Assembly: GCA_017514235.1 (NCBI GenBank)
Contig: JAFWKK010000003.1
Coordinates: 119,905 to 183,904 of the forward strand
DNA: 64,000 bases
Direction: 5' to 3'
Source: Kiritimatiellia bacterium
GTDB lineage: Bacteria > Verrucomicrobiota > Kiritimatiellia > RFP12 > UBA1067
A model generated the notes under the pieces. The model was not told where the DNA came from. It saw only the letters and a program-made list of their open reading frames with translations, and did no database searches. Below are positions 45,393 to 55,928 of this stretch, in pieces. The first letter of the stretch is position 1, and the number at the start of each line of letters is the position of its first letter. Made by a program: the position numbers and the translations under genes.

Positions 45393-47179
45393 TTCACCCT
45401 TCCCCCTCCCTTAGGTTCATAATGCAACCTCTGCCGCTTGGCATTTTCATGCTCCGTGACGGGCGGGCACGTATAGCCGCACCAGATGCCGTCCTGCAGC
45501 TCGGTTGCCTGACGTTCGGCATGATAGAGACGAAGAAGTTCGGCATAGGCCGGCAGGGCTGCCGCCGGACGTATGTCGCGGGCGGCAAAGATCGCCTCGT
45601 CGATCTGGGCGCGGAGATACAACTGCCGCCACCGCCAGCAGCTGCGCATGTTCGGCAGGATGGACCGGTCGATGCGGTCGGCCAGCGCGCGCGTCCCGCA
45701 GGCCACCGTGGCCCGCCGCACCAGCTCCTCTGGCGGGCCGTCAAGCAGATAGTTGGCGACCACGCAACCCCGCCATCCCCATTTGCCGCCGGGCGACCTT
45801 GTCTCGTATACGTCTTCCATCCTGTTGCAAAGCTCGATGAAGTCCTTGGCGTCGCAACCCGGCAGCTCCCATCGCGCATAGTCCGCCAGCACATCGGAAC
45901 CCGTACGGCCTGGCGAAACATACAAGCCGTTGACAACGATCTTGTTCACGTCTTCGAAAAGCCCTTCCGAATAAAGTTCAAATCCGGTGGCGATCTTCTC
46001 GCACTGCCTATAGAGGCGTTCGAAACGAGCCGGGAGCGGATTGGCGCCGGTGCCGCCCCAAGGAAACCGTCCCCACATGCTGATCTCGGGAAACGTAATG
46101 ACAGGGATGCGTTTCGGGAACGGATGCTTCAGCGGATATTCGGGAAAATCGCCGTGTCCGTCGATCATGAGCGCGTCAATCCAGTCCTGCCGCTCAAGAT
46201 ACCTGTAGAACATCTCCCAGTCGTCGTCCCTGAAGAACCAGGTGGAAACGATGTGGCGTGCACCCGGATGGGCTTTAGCATTCATGTCGCGGAACCGTTC
46301 GATGAGCTTCACATAGCCGCGGCCGCCCCAGGGCGCACATTTGCCGCACGCGCAGCCGCCCTCGTCAAAGGGCCAATAGGTATAACCTGAGATTGGGAAC
46401 TTCCGCACCGTATCAAGCGCATCCCGCCTGAGCGAAAGCAGATAGTCGAGCGCGCCGGGCTTCTCCGGACAGACGTTGAAATCATCTGCGCCCCGCCCAC
46501 CCTTCGGATCCTTCTCCGCCCTGAAACGCGCCGGCATGTTGGAAGGTGCGCAGTTGCTCCCACCGCTGACGATCAGATCCAAGTCGAGCTGCCTGACGCG
46601 TTCGGCAAAGGCGTCCGAAATCGCCTCGAACACCGCCCGTTCGCTCGCCGTTGACTTTGCGGCGTCAACGACCGGATACACGAGCTGCGTGGTGAATCCA
46701 TTGATGCCCCAGAGCGCCAGATCGTCCACATAGCGGATCAATTCGTCCATCGACGCCCATTGGTACCAATTGTCGAAGTGGCGTGCCAGATAGGCGATGC
46801 GAGTCGCGTTTGCCGGTTCGAACCGATACTCGCCGTCAGCCAGCTCGAACGCCTCCGCACCGTAGCGGATCGTCCGCAGCAGCAAGCCTGCGCCAAACAC
46901 GAGGGCCCGGAAGCGTCCGCCCCGAACCTCCGCCACGCCGTCCGCGACCCTGACCGCCGCGTTCTCGCCGGAGAGCGAGTCGTCAAGCGACAGGCGCACC
47001 GTCAAGGTGCGACCGGCAGATGAGGCGGGCGTGCGGCTCCACACGCGCGACAGCAGGACGCGCCGGAAGAACGCCCTGTCCGCCGGGAGAGGCGAAACGT
47101 CCACCTCCATCCGCGAATAGGTTGCCGCCTCGGCAGCCAGTGCGGCAAAAGCCGCCAGACATATCGCCATCCGCTTCAT
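45389..47179 (-). CDS. Secreted protein of unknown function, possibly a TIM-barrel glycoside-hydrolase-like enzyme
   Basis: The start is taken at MKRMAICLAAFAALAAEA (ATGA overlap with the nanA-like stop). It has a WPFDEGGCACGKC motif. The family is not recognised with confidence. Confidence 0.6.
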   Translation of the reverse strand: MKRMAICLAAFAALAAEAATYSRMEVDVSPLPADRAFFRRVLLSRVWSRTPASSAGRTLTVRLSLDDSLSGENAAVRVADGVAEVRGGRFRALVFGAGLLLRTIRYGAEAFELADGEYRFEPANATRIAYLARHFDNWYQWASMDELIRYVDDLALWGINGFTTQLVYPVVDAAKSTASERAVFEAISDAFAERVRQLDLDLIVSGGSNCAPSNMPARFRAEKDPKGGRGADDFNVCPEKPGALDYLLSLRRDALDTVRKFPISGYTYWPFDEGGCACGKCAPWGGRGYVKLIERFRDMNAKAHPGARHIVSTWFFRDDDWEMFYRYLERQDWIDALMIDGHGDFPEYPLKHPFPKRIPVITFPEISMWGRFPWGGTGANPLPARFERLYRQCEKIATGFELYSEGLFEDVNKIVVNGLYVSPGRTGSDVLADYARWELPGCDAKDFIELCNRMEDVYETRSPGGKWGWRGCVVANYLLDGPPEELVRRATVACGTRALADRIDRSILPNMRSCWRWRQLYLRAQIDEAIFAARDIRPAAALPAYAELLRLYHAERQATELQDGIWCGYTCPPVTEHENAKRQRLHYEPKGGGRVK

Positions 47180-48108
47180 CTTGCCGCTTTCGTCTTGATC
47201 GCCTGGTTCTCCTTCGCGATTCCAAGCGCGGCGAAGCGCTTGGAATAGGCGCGGTACTGCGCCGCCGTCAGCGGCTCGAACGGCTTGCGGAACCAGCCGC
47301 AGTCGAGTCCGATGAACTTCATCATCGCCTTGCGATAGCTCCAGTTGTCGGATTCGATCATCAGCTCCACAACGCGGTTCGCCTCGTCCTGCCACTTCGC
47401 CGCTTCGCGGAAACGGTCTTTCGCGGCAAGTGCGCAGATGGTTGCGAAGTGCTTCGGGATGATGTTGTAAGTCGTCCCTATGCCGCCGGAAAAGACATTG
47501 CAGAGCGACAGGCCGCACAGGAGCTGTTCGTCGCAGCCCGCGAACCAGATTGTCTCCTTGCTCCCGTCGAGTCTCCGTTTGAGGCATTGCGCGGCATAAT
47601 AGTCGCGACCGGTGTACTTCATCCCCTTCACGTTCGGGATGTCGAACAGGCGGATGTCGCGCTCCGGCACGAGCGCACTCCCCATCGAATACACCATGAA
47701 CGGCAGATCGGTCGCGGCGGCGATGGTACGATAGTGGTACATCGCCGCATCAAAGGAATTGCGGTAGAGCTGCGGCGTGATCGAGGACACCCAGTCGACG
47801 CCGACGTCTGCGGCGTACTTGGCAAGCGACACCGAATCATCAGTGCAATTCGCGCCGACATGCGCGACGAGCTTGCCGCGTCCCCGGTTCGCTTTCGCCG
47901 CCGCTGCGTAAACCTGCTTGCGCTCGTCGGTCGAGAGAAGCCACCATTCGCCGGTCGTGCCGGTCAGGTAAAAGCCATTAAGCCCGTTCGCGTAGCCATA
48001 GTCCATGATGCGCGCGACCGCCTCGACGTCCACGCGCCCCTTGGAGTCATAGGGCGTAAACATCGCCGCATATGCGCCGGACATTCCCTTGAAGACATTT
48101 TCCCTCAT
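47176..48108 (-). CDS. DapA-family aldolase, N-acetylneuraminate-lyase-like
   Basis: It has FTPYD, YLTGTTGEW and a Schiff-base Lys context (VKGMKYTG). The sialidase context supports a NanA-like role. Confidence 0.7.
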   Translation of the reverse strand: MRENVFKGMSGAYAAMFTPYDSKGRVDVEAVARIMDYGYANGLNGFYLTGTTGEWWLLSTDERKQVYAAAAKANRGRGKLVAHVGANCTDDSVSLAKYAADVGVDWVSSITPQLYRNSFDAAMYHYRTIAAATDLPFMVYSMGSALVPERDIRLFDIPNVKGMKYTGRDYYAAQCLKRRLDGSKETIWFAGCDEQLLCGLSLCNVFSGGIGTTYNIIPKHFATICALAAKDRFREAAKWQDEANRVVELMIESDNWSYRKAMMKFIGLDCGWFRKPFEPLTAAQYRAYSKRFAALGIAKENQAIKTKAAR

Positions 48109-48241
48109 TTTCCAGTCAACCTTCCTGTATTAAACGCCCATAGGATATCACATCCGCGGACGCCAGAATAACCAATAATGGTTTTAACGATTTTTTGTAC
48201 GGCGGGGAGATTCCCGCACAACGTTCACCGGAAACGCTCCG

Positions 48242-49132
48242 TCAGGCGCCTTGAACCCATTTTGTCGGCGAGACGCCGGTGGCGGCCTTGAAGTGGTTAG
48301 AGAAATGCTGGCTCGACGAAAACCCGAGCCGATGCGCGACAACGGCGACCGGCACGGCCGACGACAGCATTTCCTTGGCCTTGGCAATGCGCTGCGAAAG
48401 GAGAAAGGCATGTGGCGGAGATCCCGTCAGCCGCTTGAACCTGACCATAAGGTTGCTTGGAGAAATTCCGAGTCCCTCCGCCATCCGATCCAACGGATAC
48501 TCACGCTCCGGATGCTCACGCATGTCCTCGACAAGGCGCTTCAGCCGTACCTCCGCCCGGTCCCGAGGAGCGCACATCGCCGCATCAACGACCGCCAGCA
48601 GGAGCGCAAGCACCGTCGAACGGAGCCTCAGCGACCTGTCAACGGTGTTCGGCGGCAGGCTGTCATACTGGCGGAACAGCTTCTTGAACAGGTGCCGCAC
48701 CTCGTCCGTGCCCGCGAAAAGGCGGTTCGGCAGGTGCGTCAGCGAATGGACCAGGGCCTTGGCCTCGTCTGGCGGCAGGCTCAACAGGGGAAAATTCCGC
48801 CTGGGAATCCTGAACAGGAACCAGTACTTGCTCATGCCCTTGGGATACGAACGCAGCCTGTGCACGTCCCTCGGGCCGGAAACGAACATCGCGCCGGGCC
48901 GGAAGGGGTAGGTCTGCTCCCGTGTCTCGAACGCCAGGTCGCCGCGCAGGCAAAGCGTAACCTCAAGGCATTCGTCGTGCACGTGGAACGGCGGCTGCGA
49001 CCACCGCTTGCGGTAGCAGTCGTACCCTACGACCGGCAGGCACAAGATTCCGTCCGGCTCCAGCGACAGGACGCGCCGCTCGGGCGTATCCATGTAGTCG
49101 AACGACAGCCTGAGCGGAGCCCGTTTCCTCAT
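48242..49132 (-). CDS. AraC-family transcriptional regulator (cupin N-domain)
   Basis: The C-terminal double HTH is present (VAHRLGFSSSQHFSNHFKAATGVSPTKW). Confidence 0.85.
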   Translation of the reverse strand: MRKRAPLRLSFDYMDTPERRVLSLEPDGILCLPVVGYDCYRKRWSQPPFHVHDECLEVTLCLRGDLAFETREQTYPFRPGAMFVSGPRDVHRLRSYPKGMSKYWFLFRIPRRNFPLLSLPPDEAKALVHSLTHLPNRLFAGTDEVRHLFKKLFRQYDSLPPNTVDRSLRLRSTVLALLLAVVDAAMCAPRDRAEVRLKRLVEDMREHPEREYPLDRMAEGLGISPSNLMVRFKRLTGSPPHAFLLSQRIAKAKEMLSSAVPVAVVAHRLGFSSSQHFSNHFKAATGVSPTKWVQGA

Positions 49133-49148
49133 GGGGGCCGCCTGCGCC

Positions 49149-50828
49149 TTACGGCACCGGGAAGCCGGCGACCAGTTCGGCGGCCTCGCGCTTGACGCGG
49201 GCCTGAACCTCTACGTTCGCGATGTCGTCGAGGACGTCGGCGATCCACGTGCCGATCTTCACCATCTCCGGCTCCTTCATGCCGCGTGTCGTCACGGACG
49301 CCGTGCCGACGCGTATGCCGGAGGTCTTGAACGGGCTTTCCGTGTCGAACGGGATCGTGTTCTTGTTCACGATGATGCCGGCCGCGTCGAGCGCCGCCGC
49401 CGCGTCCTTGCCCGTGATTCCCTTGGACTTCTTCACGTCCACGAGGAACAGGTGGTTGTCGGTGCCGCCGGAGACGATGCGGTAGCCGCGGTCCTGCACG
49501 GTCTTGCACATGACCGCGCAGTTCTTCACGACCTGCTGCGCATAGTCCTTCTTCGCCGGCTGCATCCATTCGCGGAAACAGACCGCCTTTGCCGCGATTA
49601 TGTTCTCGAGCGGTCCGCCCTGCATGCCGGGGAACACCGCGCTGTCCAGCGCCTTGGCGTACTTCTCCTTGCAGAGGACCATGCCGCCGCGCGGACCGCC
49701 GAGCGTCTTGTGCGTAGTCGTCGTGACGAAGTCGGCGTAGGGCACGGGCGACTCGTGCGCCCCGCCTGCGACCAGCCCGGCGATGTGCGCCATGTCAACC
49801 ATCATAAGGCAACCGGCCTTGTCGCAGATCTCGCGAATGCGCTTGAAATCGATCTTGCGCGGATACGCGGAGGCGCCCGTCAGGAGAATCTTCGGCTTCA
49901 CCTCGAGCGCCTGCCTCTCCAGCGCGTCATAGTCGAGCATCTCGGTCTCGCGGTCCACGGTGTACGGCACGATGTTGTAGATCTTGCCGGAGAAGTTAAC
50001 CGGCGAGCCGTGCGAGAGGTGACCGCCCTGGTCGAGCGCGAGCGAAAGGATCGTGTCGCCCGGCTTGATCGTCGCGAAGTAGACGGCCATGTTCGCCGCG
50101 CTGCCGCAGTGCGGCTGCACGTTCGCGTGCTCGGCGCCGAAGAGCTGGCAGGCGCGGCGGCGGGCGAGCTCTTCCGCCGCGTCGACCGGCAGGCAGCCGG
50201 AATACCAGCGCTTCCCGGGATAGCCCTCGGCGTACTTGTTCATGAGCACGCTGCCGGCCGCCTCGCGGCACGCGCGCGACGACGTGTTCTCGGAGGCGAT
50301 GAGGTTGATCTCGGCGTCCTCCTGGCGCGTCTGCGCCTCAATGGCGGCAAACACCTCCGGATCGTCGCGCATGAGGCCGGAGCAGTCCGACAGGCGCTGC
50401 GCCCTCTCCAGCTTCCAGCGACGGCGCACATGGCGCGCGTCACCGTCGGTTTCGGTGGCGATAAAGGTGCGCAGAATCGCCAGCGCCTGGTCTGCCGCCG
50501 TGTTGTCCGCCCCGAGGCAGAGCACGTTGGCGTCGTTGTGCCGACGGGTCACTGCCGCCTGCTCGACGGTCGTGCAGATGGTGGCGCGGACGTTCTGAAA
50601 GCGATTGGCCGTCATAGACATGCCGATGCCGCTCCGGCAGACGAGCACGCCGAAGTCGGCCGCGCCGGACGCCACGGCCTTCGCGACGGGTATCGCATAG
50701 TCGGGGTAATCGCAGGGCTCGCCTGACGCAGGGCCTAAGTCCTGAACCTCGCTTTCGCCTGAAATGGCCGCGACAAGCGCAGCCTTCATCTCGAAGCCGC
50801 CGTGGTCTGATGCAATGGCAATTCTCAT
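49149..50828 (-). CDS. Fusion protein: ribose-5-phosphate isomerase B (N-terminal ~150 aa) plus serine hydroxymethyltransferase
   Basis: The N-terminal part reads [15 protein letters not shown]...[13 protein letters not shown]...[10 protein letters not shown] (RpiB/LacAB). It is followed by INLIASEN...[14 protein letters not shown] (SHMT PLP-lysine motif) in one 559-aa frame. Confidence 0.85.
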   Translation of the reverse strand: MRIAIASDHGGFEMKAALVAAISGESEVQDLGPASGEPCDYPDYAIPVAKAVASGAADFGVLVCRSGIGMSMTANRFQNVRATICTTVEQAAVTRRHNDANVLCLGADNTAADQALAILRTFIATETDGDARHVRRRWKLERAQRLSDCSGLMRDDPEVFAAIEAQTRQEDAEINLIASENTSSRACREAAGSVLMNKYAEGYPGKRWYSGCLPVDAAEELARRRACQLFGAEHANVQPHCGSAANMAVYFATIKPGDTILSLALDQGGHLSHGSPVNFSGKIYNIVPYTVDRETEMLDYDALERQALEVKPKILLTGASAYPRKIDFKRIREICDKAGCLMMVDMAHIAGLVAGGAHESPVPYADFVTTTTHKTLGGPRGGMVLCKEKYAKALDSAVFPGMQGGPLENIIAAKAVCFREWMQPAKKDYAQQVVKNCAVMCKTVQDRGYRIVSGGTDNHLFLVDVKKSKGITGKDAAAALDAAGIIVNKNTIPFDTESPFKTSGIRVGTASVTTRGMKEPEMVKIGTWIADVLDDIANVEVQARVKREAAELVAGFPVP

Positions 50829-50863
50829 TTCTTCTCCATTCTTGATCTGAACTGTGATTTGTT

Positions 50864-50872
50864 ATTATACCA
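50864..50872 (-). promoter_or_regulatory. Extended -10 TGGTATAAT for the rpiB-glyA fusion gene (about 35-nt leader)
   Basis: The consensus is exact on the minus strand, and a GGAGAAG Shine-Dalgarno lies downstream. Confidence 0.55.
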
Positions 50873-50913
50873 TAAATCGGGAGGATAAGGGGTTAGTGGG
50901 CTGCGGGGAATTA

Positions 50914-50922
50914 TGGTAAAAT
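50914..50922 (+). promoter_or_regulatory. Extended -10 TGGTAAAAT, 6 nt upstream of the nth ATG
   Basis: It is near-consensus, and the ATG is at 50929. Confidence 0.55.
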
Positions 50923-50928
50923 GCGCAC

Positions 50929-51591
50929 ATGACAGCAAAGGACATTCCCGTAGTGGACCGTGCGCTTAAGAAGGAATTCAAGGCGCACTCCGCGCCTATC
51001 ATCGAGCTTATAGAGGCCCAGACGCACGACCCCTTCTGCGTTCTCGTCGGAACGATACTGTCCGCCCGCACCAAGGACGCCTGCACCGCCGGCGCCGTCA
51101 AGCGGCTGTTCGCGGCAGGCGGCGGCACGCCGGATGGCCTTGAGCGGCTTTCGGTTCCGCAGATCGAGAAGCTAGTCTACCCCGTGGGGTTCTACCGCGA
51201 CAAGGCGCGTCATCTAAAGGACCTTCCGCGAGTCCTTCGCGAGAGGTTCGGCGGCGTCCTGCCGCACACGGTGGAGGAGCTTTGCGAGCTGCCGGGCGTC
51301 GGACGCAAGACTGCGAACCTCACGGTTGCCGTCGGTTTCGACCTGCCGGCGATATGCGTCGACGTGCACGTCCACCGCATATGCAACTGGCTGGAGCTGG
51401 TAAAGACGAAGAAGCCTGTCGAGACCGAGATGAAGCTGCGCGAGATACTGCCCGTAAGGTACTGGAAGACTTGGAACAGCCATCTGGTGAGCTTCGGGCA
51501 GACTCGCTGCGACCCCGTGCGCCCGAAATGCGCCGGCTGCCCCATCGCGGCATACTGCCACAGCCCGAAGAAGAAGGCCAAGGCCGGCTAG
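50929..51591 (+). CDS. nth: Endonuclease III (HhH-GPD DNA glycosylase/lyase with a 4Fe-4S cluster)
   Basis: It has the HhH motif LPGVGRKTANL and the C-terminal Cys cluster CDPVRPKCAGCPIAAYC. Confidence 0.9.
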   Translation: MTAKDIPVVDRALKKEFKAHSAPIIELIEAQTHDPFCVLVGTILSARTKDACTAGAVKRLFAAGGGTPDGLERLSVPQIEKLVYPVGFYRDKARHLKDLPRVLRERFGGVLPHTVEELCELPGVGRKTANLTVAVGFDLPAICVDVHVHRICNWLELVKTKKPVETEMKLREILPVRYWKTWNSHLVSFGQTRCDPVRPKCAGCPIAAYCHSPKKKAKAG

Positions 51592-52346
51592 AGGGCGCTG
51601 CCGGGGAAGAACGTGCCGACCGACTTGCCGCCAAGAAGCGGCTCAAGGACGGACTTGCGTCCGTTGGCGATGTACGTGTCGATGCCGGCGGCGACGGCGG
51701 CCTTGACCGCCTTAAGCTTAGAGTCCATGCCGCCCTTGGAAAGGCTGCCCTTCTCGCCGGAGCGGACCAGCCGCCCGACGCTGCGCAGCCGCACAACGAC
51801 GGGAATGCGTCGGCCCTGCGCGTCCAGAAGGCCGTCTACCGTGGTCAGCAGCACCAGCGCGTCGGCCTTCACGAGCTTCGCTATCAGGAAGCTCAGCCAG
51901 TCGTTGTCTCCGAACGTCTGGCCCTTAAGCTCCTCGTCGGCCACGACGTCGTTCTCGTTTATGATCGGCACTATGCCGGCACGCACGAGATGGTCCAGGG
52001 ACTTCCTGACGTTCTGGCTGCGCCGCCGGTCCTCGAAGTCGTCGTGCGTGAGAAGGACCTGCCCTATCTTGACGCCATGAACCTCGAACAGCTTCTCGTA
52101 CTCGCTGATGAACCGGGCCTGCCCGACCGCCGCGCACATCTGCACGTCGTTCACGTCCGCCGGACGCGCCCTCAGCCCGAGCGCCTCCACGCCGGCCGCC
52201 ACCGCCCCCGACGACACGAAGAACACGTCATGACCCGCCTTGCGCAACACGCAGAGCTGGGCAACGAGACGACGGAGCGCCGGGTAGTCCGGACGGCCGG
52301 ACTTCGCGGCGATTGCATGAGTTCCTACCTTGACGACAATTCGCAT
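51588..52346 (-). CDS. proB: Glutamate 5-kinase (short form without a PUA domain)
   Basis: It begins MRIVVKVGTHAIA, contains VSSGAVAAG, and has the amino-acid-kinase fold. It is 252 aa. Confidence 0.85.
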   Translation of the reverse strand: MRIVVKVGTHAIAAKSGRPDYPALRRLVAQLCVLRKAGHDVFFVSSGAVAAGVEALGLRARPADVNDVQMCAAVGQARFISEYEKLFEVHGVKIGQVLLTHDDFEDRRRSQNVRKSLDHLVRAGIVPIINENDVVADEELKGQTFGDNDWLSFLIAKLVKADALVLLTTVDGLLDAQGRRIPVVVRLRSVGRLVRSGEKGSLSKGGMDSKLKAVKAAVAAGIDTYIANGRKSVLEPLLGGKSVGTFFPGSAL

Positions 52347-52369
52347 GGTGAAAGGACGAAACGGCTGCT

Positions 52370-52446
52370 TGGTGGGCTATAGTGGATTCGAACCACTGAC
52401 CTCTTCCATGTCAAGGAAGCGCTCTAACCAACTGAGCTAATAGCCC
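52370..52446 (-). tRNA. tRNA-Val (anticodon GAC), CCA encoded
   Basis: I folded the cloverleaf by hand: acceptor GGGCTAT/ATAGCCC, D-stem GCTC/GAGC, anticodon stem CTTCC/GGAAG with loop TTGACAT, T-stem AGTGG/CCACT with TTCGAAT, then A-CCA. Confidence 0.9.
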
Positions 52447-52467
52447 AAGCGTCCGTGGAATGGTGAA

Positions 52468-52498
52468 AGTATATCATCTCGACCGTGCGTCTGTCAAT
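52468..52498 (-). promoter_or_regulatory. Promoter for tRNA-Val (-35 TTGACA, 18-nt spacer, TGaTATACT)
   Basis: The hexamers were read on the minus strand. The predicted start is about 15 nt upstream of the mature 5' end. Confidence 0.5.
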
Positions 52499-52613
52499 CC
52501 CCCTTGGTTGGCCTTGATCGGCTCAAGCATGATTTCGCGTTCCAACCATAGGAACACGAACGCCACCTGTCATTGCCCAACCCCCATGTCTCTGTCTTGA
52601 CGCAATTGGCGCA

Positions 52614-53627
52614 TCACCCTCCGAACACGATCGTCGCAACGATCGGGAAGTGATCGGACGGGTAGAGCTGTCGGCCGGGGCGCGCGTCTGACCTCGTCGA
52701 GTAATCCAGCACCTTGGTGCCGGGCGAGACGTAGATGTAGTCGATGCGCGCGCCGCAGTCTTCCCACACGTGGCCGCCGTTCTTGGTCTTTTCGGCATCG
52801 GGCGAGCCCTTGCGCGCGTTGCGGACGTTCTCAAGGAGCTTCAGCGCGGCAACGGTCGGGTATTCCCGGTCGCGCCAGCTCCATCCGTTGAACGTGCGCC
52901 AGGAGCCGTCCGGCGGGGTCTCCGTCTCGTAAAGCGCATTGGCCAGAAGCTTCGACACCGCCCTGGCCGGCGCTTCCGTCTCGCGACAGTTGTGGTCGCC
53001 GGTGAATACGATCGGGCAACCCTCGCCGAAGACCTTCATGCGCTCGATGATGAGCAGCATGCCCTTCTCGCGGGCCTCGGCGGAGACGTGGTCTGTGTGC
53101 GTGTTGGCGAAGCAGAAGCGGCGCCCCGTCGTGCGGTCGCGCAGAACCAGGTAGGAGCAGACGCGCGGACACGCCGCGCCCCAGCCCTTCAGCCCCGGCA
53201 CGTCTGGCGTCTCCGAGAGCCAGAACGTGCCGGCCTTAAGCTCCTCGAAGCGGGACGTGCGGTAGCAGACCGGCGAAGCCTCGCCGCTCTTGCGGTCGGC
53301 ATTGCGGTGCTCGCCCACGAACGTGTAGCCGGGCAGGTTCTCGCGCAGGTACGCCGCCTGGTCGGGGCAGACCTCCTGAAGGCCGAACACGTCCAGGTCG
53401 AGGCTGCGCAGCAGCGCAACGAGATCGGCCTTGCGCTGTTCCCATGTGTTCGGAGTGCCGGCGTCGGCGACATGCGAGACGCCGCCGGAAAGGCGTATGT
53501 TGTACGTGCCGACGCGAATCGGCGCTTCGTCCGCGGCCGACGGCATGCGGCAGCCTGCGAGCGCAGCCGCGGACGCGGCGAGCGCAACGAACGACATTCT
53601 GGTCAGGCGCACTGCGGTGCAGTTCAT
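52614..53627 (-). CDS. Endonuclease/exonuclease/phosphatase (EEP) family lipoprotein
   Basis: It has a lipobox LAGC. The motifs GTYNIR, FGLQEV, THTDH and SDHFP are typical of the EEP fold. Confidence 0.8.
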   Translation of the reverse strand: MNCTAVRLTRMSFVALAASAAALAGCRMPSAADEAPIRVGTYNIRLSGGVSHVADAGTPNTWEQRKADLVALLRSLDLDVFGLQEVCPDQAAYLRENLPGYTFVGEHRNADRKSGEASPVCYRTSRFEELKAGTFWLSETPDVPGLKGWGAACPRVCSYLVLRDRTTGRRFCFANTHTDHVSAEAREKGMLLIIERMKVFGEGCPIVFTGDHNCRETEAPARAVSKLLANALYETETPPDGSWRTFNGWSWRDREYPTVAALKLLENVRNARKGSPDAEKTKNGGHVWEDCGARIDYIYVSPGTKVLDYSTRSDARPGRQLYPSDHFPIVATIVFGG

Positions 53628-54637
53628 AGGTCCAGCTCTCCTTGCCGCGAAACCGGTTTCAGCCCGATGCGGTTCCAGGCTAGCGCGGTCGCGACGCGTC
53701 CCTTGGGGGTTCTCTCAAGATAGCCTTCCATTATCAGGAACGGCTCGTAAGCCTCCTCGATCGTATCCGGTTCCTCGCCCACCGAGACGGCGATGGTGGA
53801 AAGCCCGACCGGGCCGCCGCCGAACTTCGCGCAGATGGTCTCGAGAATGCGCCGGTCCATCTCGTCGAGTCCGTTAGGGTCGATCTCAAGGAGCGTCAGG
53901 GAGGCCTTGGCCACCTCGCCTGTGATGAAGTTGCCGGCGTTCACCTGCGCGTAGTCGCGCACGCGGCGAAGAAGGTTGTTTGCGATGCGCGGCGTGCCGC
54001 GGCTGCGGCGCGCTATCTCCGCCGCGCCATCGTCGTCGACGTCCACGCCAAGCTTCGCCGCGGAGCGCCTCACGATCTCGGCAAGCTCCGCCGGCTCGTA
54101 GTAGGAAAGCCTGTTGACGAGTCCGAAGCGGGCCCTGAGAGGGGAGGCGATAAGGCCGATGCGCGTAGTCGCGCCGACAAGCGTGAAGCGCGGCAGGTCG
54201 AGGCGGACGGAGCGCGCGTTCGGCCCCTGGTCGAGCACGATGTCGATCGCGTAGTCCTCCATCGCCGAATAGAGATATTCCTCTACCGTCTTCGCCAGAC
54301 GGTGTATCTCGTCGATGAACACGATGTCGCCGGGCTCCAGCGAGGTAAGCAGCCCCGCCAGGTCGCCCGGCTTCGTTATGACGGGGCCGGACGTCGTCTT
54401 GACGTTCGCCCCCATCGCCTCGCCGAGAATGTAGGAGAGCGTGGTCTTGCCGAGGCCGGGCGGGCCGGAGAAAAGCACATGGTCCAGCGACTCGCCGCGG
54501 TCCTTCGCCGCGCGCACCGCCAGCATGAGCCGGTCGCGTATCTTCTCCTGCCCGACGAAGCCCTCGAAATCGGTCGGCCGCAGCCTGTTGTCGAACGCGG
54601 TCGACCGGTTCAGCTCATCGCTCTTGCGCTCAGTCAT
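53624..54637 (-). CDS. ruvB: Holliday junction branch migration helicase RuvB
   Basis: It has Walker A (GPPGLGKTT), DEIHRL and the winged-helix C-terminus. It is 337 aa. Confidence 0.95.
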   Translation of the reverse strand: MTERKSDELNRSTAFDNRLRPTDFEGFVGQEKIRDRLMLAVRAAKDRGESLDHVLFSGPPGLGKTTLSYILGEAMGANVKTTSGPVITKPGDLAGLLTSLEPGDIVFIDEIHRLAKTVEEYLYSAMEDYAIDIVLDQGPNARSVRLDLPRFTLVGATTRIGLIASPLRARFGLVNRLSYYEPAELAEIVRRSAAKLGVDVDDDGAAEIARRSRGTPRIANNLLRRVRDYAQVNAGNFITGEVAKASLTLLEIDPNGLDEMDRRILETICAKFGGGPVGLSTIAVSVGEEPDTIEEAYEPFLIMEGYLERTPKGRVATALAWNRIGLKPVSRQGELDL

Positions 54638-54650
54638 GCGCCCGGGAATC

Positions 54651-55901
54651 TTACTTCAGCCTTCCCGTGTAGGCGTCGACGCCGGCGTTGTCAACGATAT
54701 GCTTGAAGAACTTGCCCGCCGCCTCGTCGCGGTCCTTGTTCCACGGACGCTTGCCGCCGCGCTCCTGCACCGCCCAGAGCTTCAGCGCCTTCTTGTGCCA
54801 GTTCACACTGCAGTTCGTGCCCCATGCGCCGCCATGCCCGAACCATGCGTCGTCGCTGTCGGTGACAGGCGCGGAAAGCCCGAGCGAGTAGCCGCCGAAG
54901 TCCTTGCCGTCCGCCGTCTTGCCCTTCGGACGCGTGGAGACGGCGAGAATCGACTTCACCGTCTCCTCCTTGAGAATCCTCACGCCGTTCTCGCCGACGC
55001 CGAGGTTCATCAGCATCTTGTAGAACTTGAGCTGGTCGCGCGCCGTAGTCCAGAGGCCCGCGCCGGCGGACGAGAACACGCGGTCGTCGTTGTACGGGCG
55101 CTGCATCCAGTCGGCCTGCTTCTGCCACTGCGCAGGCTGACCGTCCTTGATCTCGTACAGCTCGATCTTCCTGGCGAGCTGCGCGTCAGTCGGCCAGAAG
55201 CCGGAATCCTTCATGCCCAGCGGCTCGAGGACGCGCTCCTTCAGGAAATCCTCCCAGCGCTTTCCGGTCACTATCTCCACGACCGCCGCGCCGATGTCGA
55301 TGCCGACGTTGGAGTACTGGGCCTTCGTGCCCGGCTCGAAGGCGATGGGCTGCGACGCGGCAGTCGCCGCCACGCTCCTGAGCGGCATCCTGCGCGACCA
55401 CCCGCCCATGGCGATTCCGTTGGGAAGCTCGAACGGGAATCCGCCCGTATGGTTCATCACCATGCGCACGGTGAGCTCGTTCTTCGCCTTGACGAGCGTC
55501 CTGCTGCCGTCCTCGTTCTTCTTCTCGACCCAAAGCTCCTTGAACTCGGGCAGATACTTGGAAACCGGATCGTCAAGCGTGATCTTGCCCTCTTCCACGA
55601 GCATGGCTATCGTCACGCCGCAGAACCCCTTTGTCTGCGAACACTGCATGTAGACGTCGTCGAGCGAGATCGGACGCTTCGCGTCAACGTCCGCATAGCC
55701 GATGCAGCACGTCTCCTGCACGCCGTCCTTGTAGAACACGTTAACCGCGCCCGGCAACTCTCCGGAGTCGACGTACTTCTGGAGCGCGTCGCGCGCGAAC
55801 GTGGTTCCCGAGTCCTTCGGGCAGTTGCAGGTGCAGCAGCCGGCGAGAGCGGCCGCAAGGCCCAGCATCACGGTTATCTTTTGCATTTTCATTTCATTCA
55901 C
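54651..55901 (-). CDS. Serine hydrolase / class C beta-lactamase-family lipoprotein
   Basis: It has a lipobox LAGC, SxxK (SQTK), YxN (YSN) and an HGG triad-equivalent. Confidence 0.8.
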   Translation of the reverse strand: MNEMKMQKITVMLGLAAALAGCCTCNCPKDSGTTFARDALQKYVDSGELPGAVNVFYKDGVQETCCIGYADVDAKRPISLDDVYMQCSQTKGFCGVTIAMLVEEGKITLDDPVSKYLPEFKELWVEKKNEDGSRTLVKAKNELTVRMVMNHTGGFPFELPNGIAMGGWSRRMPLRSVAATAASQPIAFEPGTKAQYSNVGIDIGAAVVEIVTGKRWEDFLKERVLEPLGMKDSGFWPTDAQLARKIELYEIKDGQPAQWQKQADWMQRPYNDDRVFSSAGAGLWTTARDQLKFYKMLMNLGVGENGVRILKEETVKSILAVSTRPKGKTADGKDFGGYSLGLSAPVTDSDDAWFGHGGAWGTNCSVNWHKKALKLWAVQERGGKRPWNKDRDEAAGKFFKHIVDNAGVDAYTGRLK

Positions 55902-55928
55902 TCCTTGTTTGTTGGTTGAAATCAGGAA

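Noticed and set aside
49131-50726. 531-aa plus-strand ORF antisense to the rpiB-glyA fusion. Similar long antisense ORFs occur at 54441-55919, 56574-58388, 35464-36495, 38578-39792 and 45422-46390.
   Set aside because: All lie opposite genes with strong family signatures and have shadow-frame composition.
52580-52600. CCCCCATGTCTCTG downstream of the EEP gene, resembling a single unit pair of the 9-mer arrays
   Set aside because: It amounts to only about 1.5 units, with no periodic array or dyad. It could be chance or a degenerate relic and is not enough to call a copy.
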